Below are positions 8,224-16,865 of a stretch of 20,000 nucleotides of DNA, in pieces. The position numbers and the translations under genes were made by a program. Below the pieces are notes generated by a model. That model was not told where the DNA came from, did not search any database, and saw nothing but the letters and a program-made list of their open reading frames with translations. The stretch is taken from the IMG/VR virus record IMGVR_UViG_3300044655_001909; one strand, given 5' to 3'. This DNA is from an uncultured virus (IMG/VR IMGVR_UViG_3300044655_001909). Taxonomy: Duplodnaviria; Heunggongvirae; Uroviricota; Caudoviricetes. Each line of letters opens with the position of its first letter. Position 1 is the first letter of the stretch.

Positions 8224-8722
8224 GCAAACTTTCTTCTACCTTTGAAATAGGTAATCTCATTATCTTTATACGTATTTCCTCAAAAATCTGGCTACGTGGA
8301 TTATTATAAGAATTCCAATTATAATAATGAGGATCTCTTTTCTCATCTAATAAATCCTTTATTCTTGCAGCACCTTCTCTAGTGTATGATAAACTACTGC
8401 CTAAACGTTCAGTAAAAAATGTAACCACCGCAATAGTATACCTTCTATCTAACATAATCAAATAAGGTAACATATAATCTTTTATTTGATTCCAAGTAAA
8501 CTGTTCTTTATCTAAATTAGGATCACGACCAGTATAAAAAGGTGTATCACCTTTTCTAATTCTAATTACTTCATAAACATCAGATGTAAAATCACCTGAG
8601 TTGACCTGGAATTTAAAACCATCATCCGTAAGATAAGCCAAATAATCATTAGTAAAATCCAATAACTCTTCAGTCCTATCTGGTTGTTCCCACTTCTCTT
8701 CAAATAACTTTATATACTTCAT
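8213..8722 (-). CDS. array paralog (leader MKYIKLFEE)
   Basis: DFTNDYLAYLTDDGF and FTWNQIKDYMLPYL core motifs. Confidence 0.9.
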   Translation of the reverse strand: MKYIKLFEEKWEQPDRTEELLDFTNDYLAYLTDDGFKFQVNSGDFTSDVYEVIRIRKGDTPFYTGRDPNLDKEQFTWNQIKDYMLPYLIMLDRRYTIAVVTFFTERLGSSLSYTREGAARIKDLLDEKRDPHYYNWNSYNNPRSQIFEEIRIKIMRLPISKVEESLLNP

Positions 8723-9156
8723 TTCTTCTTATCATTTATTGTTATAGAGATCTTATCGAGTATTAAATATTTTAATTCTTCTTCATCAAATAAATCTTGT
8801 AACGAATAACAAATACCACTCATACTTTCATCATATATTACATACGGTTTATCTGACCTATTACGTGATGAGTCTTCTAATTCATATCTTCTTTCCAATA
8901 GTTGTAAAAATGGTAAAACCTTATCCTTTATTAAATCCCAAGAAGTACCTTCATCTTTCTTTATACTTATGTTTATACATCTACTATCAACTGGTATATA
9001 ACCTTTTTTAGTATTCCAAATACTAAAATCTATTTCCCAACCTTCATCAACTAAATAAGCTAACGATTGTTCAGTAAAATCTTTTACTTCATCTAAAAGA
9101 TTATCGTAATACAATTCAACATCTTTCCAACCTTCAAATAAATTTATATATCTCAT
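8719..9156 (-). CDS. array paralog (leader MRYINLFEG)
   Basis: DFTEQSLAYLVDEGW and WDLIKDKVLPFL. Confidence 0.9.
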   Translation of the reverse strand: MRYINLFEGWKDVELYYDNLLDEVKDFTEQSLAYLVDEGWEIDFSIWNTKKGYIPVDSRCINISIKKDEGTSWDLIKDKVLPFLQLLERRYELEDSSRNRSDKPYVIYDESMSGICYSLQDLFDEEELKYLILDKISITINDKKK

Positions 9157-9998
9157 CCTTTAACTATTATTCTTATCATAGTATAAAACTTATTGATAAG
9201 CCACTGATCAGCTTCACCACTTACAAGTTCTTCTATGTCTTTTCTAGTATCATATTGGTACTGTCTTCCACCATTTTGATAAAATACTATTTCTAAAATA
9301 TGATACTCTTTATTCAACATATAAATAAATGGTGAAAACCTATCTACAATTTCTTCCCAAGTGAAACCCGAACGCTTAACTATTGCAATCTTTGTACAAC
9401 CACCACCGTAATTATGTGAATCATATGTACTGATTTCAAAATTATCATCTATTAGATAAGCTAAACGATCCTGAGTAAACTCAAGAACATCATCTTTAAG
9501 ACTTTCATTAGTTCTCAGTTGCCAAGAATACTGACCAACACTATGATCTAATACAACTATTTTAACAGAACTAATTACAGTAGCCTGTTCATAAGAAAGA
9601 TTTTTATAAACTTTAGTTACAGTGAAAATCTTTTCTTTTACTTTGTCGTCGATAACATCTTGAAAACTCATCTTAACTTGAGCAACTCCAATTCCTCTAA
9701 TTTGAAAGAAAATCAAATGATCTTTTATATCATACTGCTTATCTAACATCTTTAAAAAAGGAATAAAACTATCTTTTATCTGATCCCAATCCATCCAATC
9801 TACTGATATATGTTCGACATCTGTTTTGGGTTTAACAAAATCTATTTGAGTTACTCTACCATTTTCCCAAAAAGCCAAAGCATAACCATCATCTAACAAA
9901 TAAGCTAGATACATCTCACAAAAATCTTTTAAATCCTCTTGTGATATAGCTTCATTAAATGGCTTTAAGTATTTCATACAACTCTTTAAGTATCTCAT
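9153..9998 (-). CDS. array paralog, two-domain fusion with duplicated leader (MRYLKSC-MKYLKPFNE)
   Basis: Two cores: DFCEMYLAYLLDDGY/WDQIKDSFIPFL and EFTQDRLAYLIDDNF/WEEIVDRFSPFI. Alternative start at 9977. Confidence 0.9.
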   Translation of the reverse strand: MRYLKSCMKYLKPFNEAISQEDLKDFCEMYLAYLLDDGYALAFWENGRVTQIDFVKPKTDVEHISVDWMDWDQIKDSFIPFLKMLDKQYDIKDHLIFFQIRGIGVAQVKMSFQDVIDDKVKEKIFTVTKVYKNLSYEQATVISSVKIVVLDHSVGQYSWQLRTNESLKDDVLEFTQDRLAYLIDDNFEISTYDSHNYGGGCTKIAIVKRSGFTWEEIVDRFSPFIYMLNKEYHILEIVFYQNGGRQYQYDTRKDIEELVSGEADQWLINKFYTMIRIIVKG

Positions 9999-10420
9999 TT
10001 GTTCTCTAACATTATTTCAATATATTGTATCTCATCATCATCTTCATACCATTTATCTACAACTCTTATAAACTTCTCATAAGTAAACTCTCTTGATTCA
10101 AGTCTCTGACGAATCTCAATCACCGAACCATTATCAGAACCATCAGTATCAAACTTATAATTCTTATGTAATTGTATCACAAATGGAACAACATGATCTT
10201 TGACCTCACCCCACTCGAAATTAGTTCTCATAACCTCATGACCCATATTGATAGTCTTACACAAAATAACACAAACAAATCGAGAAGGTTTCTTCCAATC
10301 AGTATCTTCAATTCTTATCTCAAAGTCAGGATCATCCAACAAGTAAGCTAAGTTCATCTCACAGAAATCTCTCAACTCATCTTTATCTAAACTCTCAAAA
10401 ATCTTCTTTAAATACTTCAT
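9995..10420 (-). CDS. array paralog (leader MKYLKKIFES)
   Basis: Start placed at ATG 10420; DFCEMNLAYLLDD and WGEVKDHVVPFV. Confidence 0.9.
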   Translation of the reverse strand: MKYLKKIFESLDKDELRDFCEMNLAYLLDDPDFEIRIEDTDWKKPSRFVCVILCKTINMGHEVMRTNFEWGEVKDHVVPFVIQLHKNYKFDTDGSDNGSVIEIRQRLESREFTYEKFIRVVDKWYEDDDEIQYIEIMLENK

Positions 10421-10421
10421 A

Positions 10422-10709
10422 CTATTCTTTTGTTTTAAGTGAATCAATAAACTTAGCCAATTGACGGTCTAATTCCGTAATTTCCTTTTTATCATGTGTA
10501 AATAAAGTAATTTCTAACTGAAATCCTTTATGTATTTTACAATCTGGATGATGGTTTACCTCATCAGCATATTCAGCAACTTTTAATAAAAATTGAGCTA
10601 ATTCAGTTTGTGATTCAAACTTGAAGTTACTTACTAATTTACCATCAATCTCTTTGAAAGAACTCACACTCTTATCTAAACTCTCAAAAATCTTTTTTAA
10701 ATATTTCAT
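10422..10709 (-). CDS. phhB: pterin-4-alpha-carbinolamine dehydratase (PCD/PhhB family) carrying the array leader
   Basis: NHHPD signature, ITLFTHD, ITELDRQLAKFID. First 13 aa identical to the neighbouring paralog. Confidence 0.85.
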   Translation of the reverse strand: MKYLKKIFESLDKSVSSFKEIDGKLVSNFKFESQTELAQFLLKVAEYADEVNHHPDCKIHKGFQLEITLFTHDKKEITELDRQLAKFIDSLKTKE

Positions 10710-11608
10710 TTCTTATCTTCTTTTTCTGTTAAAATAATTTGTAATCTAATCGCAGTATCGTTTATTACAACTGAGTTAGTCACTGTCTTGAAAGACATCA
10801 CAATCTTTTTACTAACAAACTTATCAGATAAACTTAATAGAAGCTTATCAGCAGCATCCTGTGCGAAAAACTCAACCTGATTCAATATATCAGATCTAAA
10901 ATTAGATAACGGAACCGGTGGTTTAAATTGACTAGCAGTAAATACCTTCATCGGTTCAGATCTCACACCAATTATTACATTCTCATATTGAATACCAGTT
11001 CTTAAAATTGATTGCCACTCATCAGTAGTAAGCTTTCTCTCCATAGAAATTGCTGTCATTGGTTCAACACCCTTATATCTATCAGAGAAAACACCAGGAC
11101 TTTTAGTAACTCTAACATCATCAAATCCAGAATCCAATAAGTTTACCAAATAATGTTCTACATCATCTTTCTGTAACTCAACTGACTCTTTAATAGGTTT
11201 ATCAAAATTGATCCAAACTAGAATCTCTAATATGGATTCATTATCTCGTCCGTGTGGTAAAACATCACCAGATAAAACCTTTTCAACATCAACCTCTACA
11301 AGTTCTTCATCACCACCATCATAAAACTCTATAACATCATCTATTATATCATAATCTCTATTTAACATATGTAAAAATGGAATATATGAATCCTTAACAT
11401 CTAACCAAGTGAATTCATTACTTTCATATTCTTGGTCGTTTATTTCAGTAATCTTATACAATTTTATCATAAATTGAGTTTTTAGATTTGTAGCTGAAAC
11501 TTCTACTCTATAACCATCATCCAACAAATAAGCTAGATAAGTTTCACTAAAATCACGTAGTTGTGATTCTAAATCAACAGACTCATTAAATCTTTTTAAA
11601 TATCTCAT
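10706..11608 (-). CDS. array paralog, two-domain fusion (leader MRYLKRFNES)
   Basis: Core 1 DFSETYLAYLLDDGY/WLDVKDSYIPFL; a second, divergent unit starts at KPIKESV...YLVNLLDSGF. Confidence 0.9.
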   Translation of the reverse strand: MRYLKRFNESVDLESQLRDFSETYLAYLLDDGYRVEVSATNLKTQFMIKLYKITEINDQEYESNEFTWLDVKDSYIPFLHMLNRDYDIIDDVIEFYDGGDEELVEVDVEKVLSGDVLPHGRDNESILEILVWINFDKPIKESVELQKDDVEHYLVNLLDSGFDDVRVTKSPGVFSDRYKGVEPMTAISMERKLTTDEWQSILRTGIQYENVIIGVRSEPMKVFTASQFKPPVPLSNFRSDILNQVEFFAQDAADKLLLSLSDKFVSKKIVMSFKTVTNSVVINDTAIRLQIILTEKEDKK

Positions 11609-12066
11609 TCTACCAATTTATTTTTCATTGCACACTGAAGTGTAATCTCTAATAAAGGTCTATCATCATATCCACCAGGTAAAGGCTCTCCAGATAAAAT
11701 ATCTTTAATCGAAACACAAAAGTTTTGACTACCATTATATAAACAAATACAAGGAACATCCCATTGTCCAGATGTTCTACTACCTTCACCTTCATCCATT
11801 ATCTCATAATCTTTATTCAACATATGTAAAAAAGGAATATAGTAATCTTTAACCTCATTCCAAGTAAATCCAGTAGCTCCATAATCATTTAACTTAACTA
11901 GATTTATATTATAACAGTCCTCTGGATGTACCATATAATCATGTCCCTGCCAAATAACATCTAATTCAAAATCACCATCCAACAAATAAGCTAGATAAGA
12001 CTCACTAAAATCACGTAGTTGTGACTCTAAATCAACTGACTCATTAAATCTTTTTAAATATCTCAT
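11605..12066 (-). CDS. array paralog (leader MRYLKRFNES)
   Basis: DFSESYLAYLLDGDF and FTWNEVKDYYIPFL. Confidence 0.9.
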   Translation of the reverse strand: MRYLKRFNESVDLESQLRDFSESYLAYLLDGDFELDVIWQGHDYMVHPEDCYNINLVKLNDYGATGFTWNEVKDYYIPFLHMLNKDYEIMDEGEGSRTSGQWDVPCICLYNGSQNFCVSIKDILSGEPLPGGYDDRPLLEITLQCAMKNKLVE

Positions 12067-12518
12067 TGCTTAACCGTGTTTTTTACTACAATACCAATCT
12101 CTTTGATACCATTACCGTTATAAAACTTAGTATCAAACTCACCACCAAGTCTTCCACCCCAATCTTCAATCTCTGAAGCCTTCACAAATAATTGATTTCC
12201 CGAAACAAAATTGATAATAATACTAGAACTTCTCTGATCTAAATCACTATCATTCAAATCATATTCTCTTGATAACATCGTAACAAATGGAATATAATAA
12301 TCTTTAATGTCATTCCAATGAAAAGGTTGAATACGAGGATTTAAAGTTTTTCCTAACCATATAATATATGAATCCCACTTTTCAGTATCAATAACCTCTA
12401 TCTTAAAACTAGTATCATCCAATAAATAAGCCAAGTAAGTCTCACAGAAATCTTTTAACTCTGCTTCATCAACCTGATTATATAAATCATTCTCAAAAAT
12501 ACTCTTTAAATACCTCAT
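12063..12518 (-). CDS. array paralog (leader MRYLKSIFEN)
   Basis: DFCETYLAYLLDD and WNDIKDYYIPFV. Confidence 0.9.
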   Translation of the reverse strand: MRYLKSIFENDLYNQVDEAELKDFCETYLAYLLDDTSFKIEVIDTEKWDSYIIWLGKTLNPRIQPFHWNDIKDYYIPFVTMLSREYDLNDSDLDQRSSSIIINFVSGNQLFVKASEIEDWGGRLGGEFDTKFYNGNGIKEIGIVVKNTVKQ

Positions 12519-12522
12519 TATG

Positions 12523-12531
12523 TATATATTA
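12523..12531 (-). promoter_or_regulatory. internal late-type promoter TAATATATA within the array
   Basis: Fills the 14-nt gap between two paralogs, 4 nt before ATG 12518. Confidence 0.6.
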
Positions 12532-12532
12532 T

Positions 12533-12967
12533 TTAAAAATTTCTAAACCAAGCTTTTTCAACCTTTTCTCCTTTTTTAACAACCCTAATAAATAAAGTAG
12601 CAATCTCCTTATTATCCGGTAAATCATCTAACTGATTTAGTTTTAACTCTTCCTGTTTATTCCATGTTTCCCCATATAGGTTTTTACCATTATAAATAAT
12701 ACCCATCGCTGGCTCTGAACCATTATCCCAATACAATTCGTAATCCTTTAATAAAAAATATAAGAAAGGTAAAACCTGATCCTTCATCTCTGACCATAAA
12801 CTATTACTCGGATCAGAAGTTCCTATCATTATTTGATGAAAATCATCTCCTTCAAACTTTGAAATCCTTACCTTAAAACCTTCATCAATCAAATAAGCTA
12901 AGTGAGTATCACAGAAATCCTGTAACTCTTCTTTTAAACTCTCATTGAACCTTCTCAAATGTTTCAT
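12533..12967 (-). CDS. array paralog (leader MKHLRRFNES)
   Basis: DFCDTHLAYLIDEGF and WSEMKDQVLPFL. Confidence 0.9.
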   Translation of the reverse strand: MKHLRRFNESLKEELQDFCDTHLAYLIDEGFKVRISKFEGDDFHQIMIGTSDPSNSLWSEMKDQVLPFLYFLLKDYELYWDNGSEPAMGIIYNGKNLYGETWNKQEELKLNQLDDLPDNKEIATLFIRVVKKGEKVEKAWFRNF

Positions 12968-13416
12968 TTTTTACTACTTACTTTTATTGATACTGAATAG
13001 ATACTATCCGAAGTAATCTTATCATCTATAACGTCTTCAACCTCAAATCTTTTAAATGCGGTTTCAACATCAGCACCTTGTTCTATCTTAAATAAAACCA
13101 AATCTTTATCCCAATCATCATCTGTCAATATATATCGTTTCTCTACCAGCTTAAGAAATGGAATATAATAATCCTTTATCTGATCCCAAGTATAACTAAT
13201 TGTATCTCCATTCTCGGCAGGACCATAAAGATCAACCCAAAAATATTCGGTATCTTCATCAAATGAAGGATCATTTGACTCACGTCCATTTCTATCTACC
13301 AACTCAAGTTCAAAACCCTCATCCAATAAATAAGCTAAACAACTCTCACTAAAATCTTTTAACTCATCAAATTCATTAGATGACAAACCTTCATTAAACC
13401 TTCTCAAATGTTTCAT
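12964..13416 (-). CDS. array paralog (leader MKHLRRFNEG)
   Basis: DFSESCLAYLLDEGF and WDQIKDYYIPFL. Confidence 0.9.
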   Translation of the reverse strand: MKHLRRFNEGLSSNEFDELKDFSESCLAYLLDEGFELELVDRNGRESNDPSFDEDTEYFWVDLYGPAENGDTISYTWDQIKDYYIPFLKLVEKRYILTDDDWDKDLVLFKIEQGADVETAFKRFEVEDVIDDKITSDSIYSVSIKVSSKK

Positions 13417-13423
13417 ACCTAAT

Positions 13424-13882
13424 TTATCTTTTTTCTCTAATCATAATACCCACCGAATATAAACTTGGCTCATACGAATAAGAACCAAATAAAGTATCAT
13501 TCACCACCTTATATAACGGGAAATCCCTAAACGCATCACTACTATATTCCGGTTGTAATCTAAATCTTATCTTAACAGTCGAATCCATCTCAATAGAACG
13601 ACCATCTCTACTCGGTTCACCAAATCCAATTATATCATACCTATTATGTAATAACTTTAATAACGGTATGTAATAATCCTTTATATCATCCCAAGTGAAA
13701 GCATCACTCTTAAGCGCATATTGATTACTAAGTGATAACCAAATCGCAGTAGTATCATCCTCTGAACCTCTAGGAATAAAAATACGAAAACCCTCATCCA
13801 ATAAATAAGCTAAACAACTTTCTACGAAATCCGTTAACTCATCCTTATCTATACTCTCATTAAACATCTTCAAATGTTTCAT
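13424..13882 (-). CDS. array paralog (leader MKHLKMFNES)
   Basis: DFVESCLAYLLDEGF and WDDIKDYYIPLL. Confidence 0.9.
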   Translation of the reverse strand: MKHLKMFNESIDKDELTDFVESCLAYLLDEGFRIFIPRGSEDDTTAIWLSLSNQYALKSDAFTWDDIKDYYIPLLKLLHNRYDIIGFGEPSRDGRSIEMDSTVKIRFRLQPEYSSDAFRDFPLYKVVNDTLFGSYSYEPSLYSVGIMIREKR

Positions 13883-14304
13883 ATCTTATTTCTTATTTTC
13901 AATACTATACTCCAAAGTGTATGATAAACCGCAGTAGGAAGATCATCATTTATAACCTGTTCTACTGTAGCATATATATTTCTATCACCTTGAAAAAGTA
14001 CAACATAATCCGATGGTCTATGTCCAAAATTCTTTAATTCATATCTTTTTGATAATAATTGAAGAAATGGAATAAAATGATCCTTTATATCATTCCAATC
14101 AAATGGGTCTTTAATCCTTATCGCATTCGGGTTAGATCTAAATGAAGATTTTCCAGGTAAATATAAATTTATATATTGATTATCATCACAAGAAACCTCA
14201 AAACCCTCATCCATAAGATAAGCCAATGAAGTCTCACAGAAATCTATCAACTCATCCCTCTCACCATCATTTAAACTCTCTTTAAACATCTTTAAATGTT
14301 TCAT
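13879..14304 (-). CDS. array paralog (leader MKHLKMFKES)
   Basis: DFCETSLAYLMDEGF and WNDIKDHFIPFL. Confidence 0.9.
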   Translation of the reverse strand: MKHLKMFKESLNDGERDELIDFCETSLAYLMDEGFEVSCDDNQYINLYLPGKSSFRSNPNAIRIKDPFDWNDIKDHFIPFLQLLSKRYELKNFGHRPSDYVVLFQGDRNIYATVEQVINDDLPTAVYHTLWSIVLKIRNKI

Positions 14305-14747
14305 ACTTTCTCACCTTTAATTTTAAACTGAATTGTATAAATCTTATAATCATCACGAAGACGACTAGCAGGAACAATCTGCTCCGATATAATATCATGC
14401 ATATTAAACCAATCAGAATATGTACTCTCCAAACCAATTATCTCAATTCTTACATTAGGCGAAACAAGCCTACGATCCATCGTAACTAAATCATATCCAT
14501 TTCTTAAATGTGTCAAAAATGGTATAACCTGATCCTTTATCTGACCCCACCTCTTATCAGCATATAATCTAAATGATAACGTCACCTTATAATCTATAAC
14601 CTTTAAATCAAAATAATCTGGCGAAACCAAAATCCTTAAACCATCATCCATCAAATAAGCTAAATTGATCTCACAGAAATCTTGTATATCTTGCTCAGTT
14701 AAACCTTCTGAATTACTTTCGTTAAACTTCTTTATATATCTCATCAT
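14301..14747 (-). CDS. array paralog (leader MRYIKKFNES)
   Basis: DFCEINLAYLMDDGL and WGQIKDQVIPFL. Confidence 0.9.
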   Translation of the reverse strand: MMRYIKKFNESNSEGLTEQDIQDFCEINLAYLMDDGLRILVSPDYFDLKVIDYKVTLSFRLYADKRWGQIKDQVIPFLTHLRNGYDLVTMDRRLVSPNVRIEIIGLESTYSDWFNMHDIISEQIVPASRLRDDYKIYTIQFKIKGEKV

Positions 14748-14764
14748 TACATTTTATTTTAAAA

Positions 14765-14866
14765 CCCCACGTGCGTCAGCACGTTTACGACGCAGACGAC
14801 CCTGACACTACTTGCCGTAGGCAACGACTCCCCGAACCCCTGATTGGTCCCACCACAACCACCACC
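14765..14866. other. GC-rich intergenic element with competing hairpins
   Basis: About 62% GC by hand count in an AT-rich window; hairpins at 14769-14784 and 14812-14824. Confidence 0.5.
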
Positions 14867-15279
14867 TATTTCCTTGACTTAACCGTCAACTTAACAGTAG
14901 TAACCAAAAAATCCGGCGATTCATCATTCATTATCTGATCCACAGTAAATAACTTCTTTGAAGCATCCCACTGCTCTGTACTATAAAAATAAACCAATTG
15001 AGCCAACTCAAACCTCCTCGACAACACACGAACCAACGGAATAAACCTATCCATCACCAAAGAATAATCATATAAATTATTTACCATAGAACCATCAGTT
15101 AAAGATAACCTTATATCAAACTCACCACCCCAAGCCGGTCTTACCTCATACGTAAACCCATCATCAGCCAACGGTGCCAAAAATGGCTCACAAATATCAT
15201 CCAACTGATCCTGTAAATCATCACCTTTTAACCTAACATAGAAATCAGACTCCATAAAACTTTTTAAATACCTCATCAT
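14866..15279 (-). CDS. array paralog, first gene of the array (leader MRYLKSFMES)
   Basis: DICEPFLAPLADDGF and YSLVMDRFIPLV. Confidence 0.88.
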   Translation of the reverse strand: MMRYLKSFMESDFYVRLKGDDLQDQLDDICEPFLAPLADDGFTYEVRPAWGGEFDIRLSLTDGSMVNNLYDYSLVMDRFIPLVRVLSRRFELAQLVYFYSTEQWDASKKLFTVDQIMNDESPDFLVTTVKLTVKSRK

Positions 15280-15284
15280 ATACT

Positions 15285-15293
15285 TATATATAA
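15285..15293 (-). promoter_or_regulatory. putative late-type promoter TTATATATA heading the array (palindromic core, possibly bidirectional)
   Basis: Sits in the 24-nt gap between divergent ATGs 15279 and 15304. Confidence 0.55.
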
Positions 15294-15303
15294 AATCATC
15301 ACA

Positions 15304-15591
15304 ATGAAATTACCAAAATCAAAGTATTATATCAAAAATATAATCGAAACAATACAACTAGACCCCTACACAACCATCGAAATCGATGCCTTCTACGATA
15401 CCACACACAAAGGTAACCGATACTCCTGCACCGTAACACACCAACTAGGAACAGCTATATGCGGCGGCTACGGCACAAATAACGAAATAACACTCAAAAC
15501 ATACGAAAGCGCCTTACTATACGCACTAGAACTCGCCAAAGCAGATAAACAAACAATAAGAAACTTTAGACTAAAACTACTACTATCATGA
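15304..15591 (+). CDS. hypothetical protein with C-terminal motif IRNFRLKLLLS
   Basis: 95-aa ORF, ATGA-coupled to ung. Confidence 0.75.
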   Translation: MKLPKSKYYIKNIIETIQLDPYTTIEIDAFYDTTHKGNRYSCTVTHQLGTAICGGYGTNNEITLKTYESALLYALELAKADKQTIRNFRLKLLLS

Positions 15592-16244
15592 TACAATTAC
15601 CCGAAGAACTACAACAATTCATAGATAAAGAGTATTCCCAATACCAATGCTTTCCACCAAAACACCTAATACTCCATTCACTTACCAACCTTAATAACAC
15701 CAAAGTTGTTATAATAGGTCAAGACCCATACCACGGCCATAACCAAGCACACGGTCTAGCTTTCTCCACCCTAGATACCACAATCCCACCTTCACTGAAA
15801 AATATCTTTAAAGAACTCAATACAGACCTAAACATACCAATCCCAACTCACGGCAACCTAACCAATTGGCACACACAAGGTGTACTCCTTCTTAATACAA
15901 TACTAACAGTAAGAAAACACCAACCACTATCCCATAAGAATAAAGGTTGGGAACAATACACCAATAACATTATATCAGAACTAAATAATACAAAAGAAAA
16001 CCTCGTATTTATTCTATGGGGTGCCCAAGCTCACAAAACAGAAAAACTAATCGATAGTACAAAACACCTTATACTGAAGTCTGGCCATCCATCACCTCTA
16101 TCAGCAAATCAAGGGAAATGGTTCAACAATAAACACTTTAGTAAAACTAATCAATACCTTATAGATAATATGATAACTCCTATAGACTGGAGTCTCTTAG
16201 ACTGGAACTTACTCGATGATGTATCGAGAGTTCCACTATCTTAA
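15588..16244 (+). CDS. ung: uracil-DNA glycosylase, family 1
   Basis: KVVIIGQDPYH, QAHGLAFS, PPSLKNIFKEL, GVLLLN, FILWG, HPSPLS. Confidence 0.96.
   Translation: MIQLPEELQQFIDKEYSQYQCFPPKHLILHSLTNLNNTKVVIIGQDPYHGHNQAHGLAFSTLDTTIPPSLKNIFKELNTDLNIPIPTHGNLTNWHTQGVLLLNTILTVRKHQPLSHKNKGWEQYTNNIISELNNTKENLVFILWGAQAHKTEKLIDSTKHLILKSGHPSPLSANQGKWFNNKHFSKTNQYLIDNMITPIDWSLLDWNLLDDVSRVPLS
16224..16239 (-). repeat. inverted copy of the ATAGTGGAACTCTCGA motif
   Basis: Reverse complement matches 17015-17030 exactly (16/16); it also forms a hairpin with 16203-16217. Confidence 0.8.
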
Positions 16245-16820
16245 ATGAGAATCATCAAAACCCAAGAACTTCTTTATCCTTGAAGCAATAGATTTCTTAG
16301 GTGGAACTTCCGGTACAATAACATCATTATCATCATTGCAAGATACAAAGAACCTAATCTCAACAATCAAATTGTTACCCAAATCTAACCTATCATTAAT
16401 AATATCATTTAAAGCAAAGCTCTTACGAAATCCTCCACTAGTTAGAGCAGGATTCATAACCGTAGTTCTTCTCAAACCAAATGAAACCTGATTGTCATTC
16501 CTTACACCCATCTCATATCCAATAGGCAACCTATCAAACGTAATAACATTATACTGCCTCTGTAACCTAGTAAAGAAAGGTATAATAACATCCTTTATAT
16601 CATTCCAATCTTTATCAATAGAGAAATCTATTGGATATCTAAGAGTAACAAAAGATAAATGACTATTATCCATATCCTCCCTGTTTATCGGATGCTTTGT
16701 AACAGATACCTGTAATCCATCATCCATCAAATAAACTAAATTCATCTCACAGAACTCCCTTAAATCAGTTAAGAACTGACCCGTAACATTTGCTTCATTG
16801 AATGGTTTAATATGTTTCAT
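16236..16820 (-). CDS. satellite array paralog (leader MKHIKPFNEA)
   Basis: Start placed at ATG 16820 after TTATATATA (16826-16834); EFCEMNLVYLMDDGL and WNDIKDVIIPFF. Confidence 0.88.
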   Translation of the reverse strand: MKHIKPFNEANVTGQFLTDLREFCEMNLVYLMDDGLQVSVTKHPINREDMDNSHLSFVTLRYPIDFSIDKDWNDIKDVIIPFFTRLQRQYNVITFDRLPIGYEMGVRNDNQVSFGLRRTTVMNPALTSGGFRKSFALNDIINDRLDLGNNLIVEIRFFVSCNDDNDVIVPEVPPKKSIASRIKKFLGFDDSHLR

Positions 16821-16865
16821 ACACATATATATAAAAACTTTATACATTAAAATAATAAAACATAT

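Noticed and set aside
8213..15279. Diversity-generating retroelement as the source of array variation
   Set aside because: No reverse transcriptase in the window, no template/variable repeat pair, and differences include indels and all base types rather than adenine-specific changes.
8213..15279. Integron-like cassette array
   Set aside because: Most genes overlap by ATGA or are a few nt apart, leaving no room for attC-like sites, and no integrase is visible.
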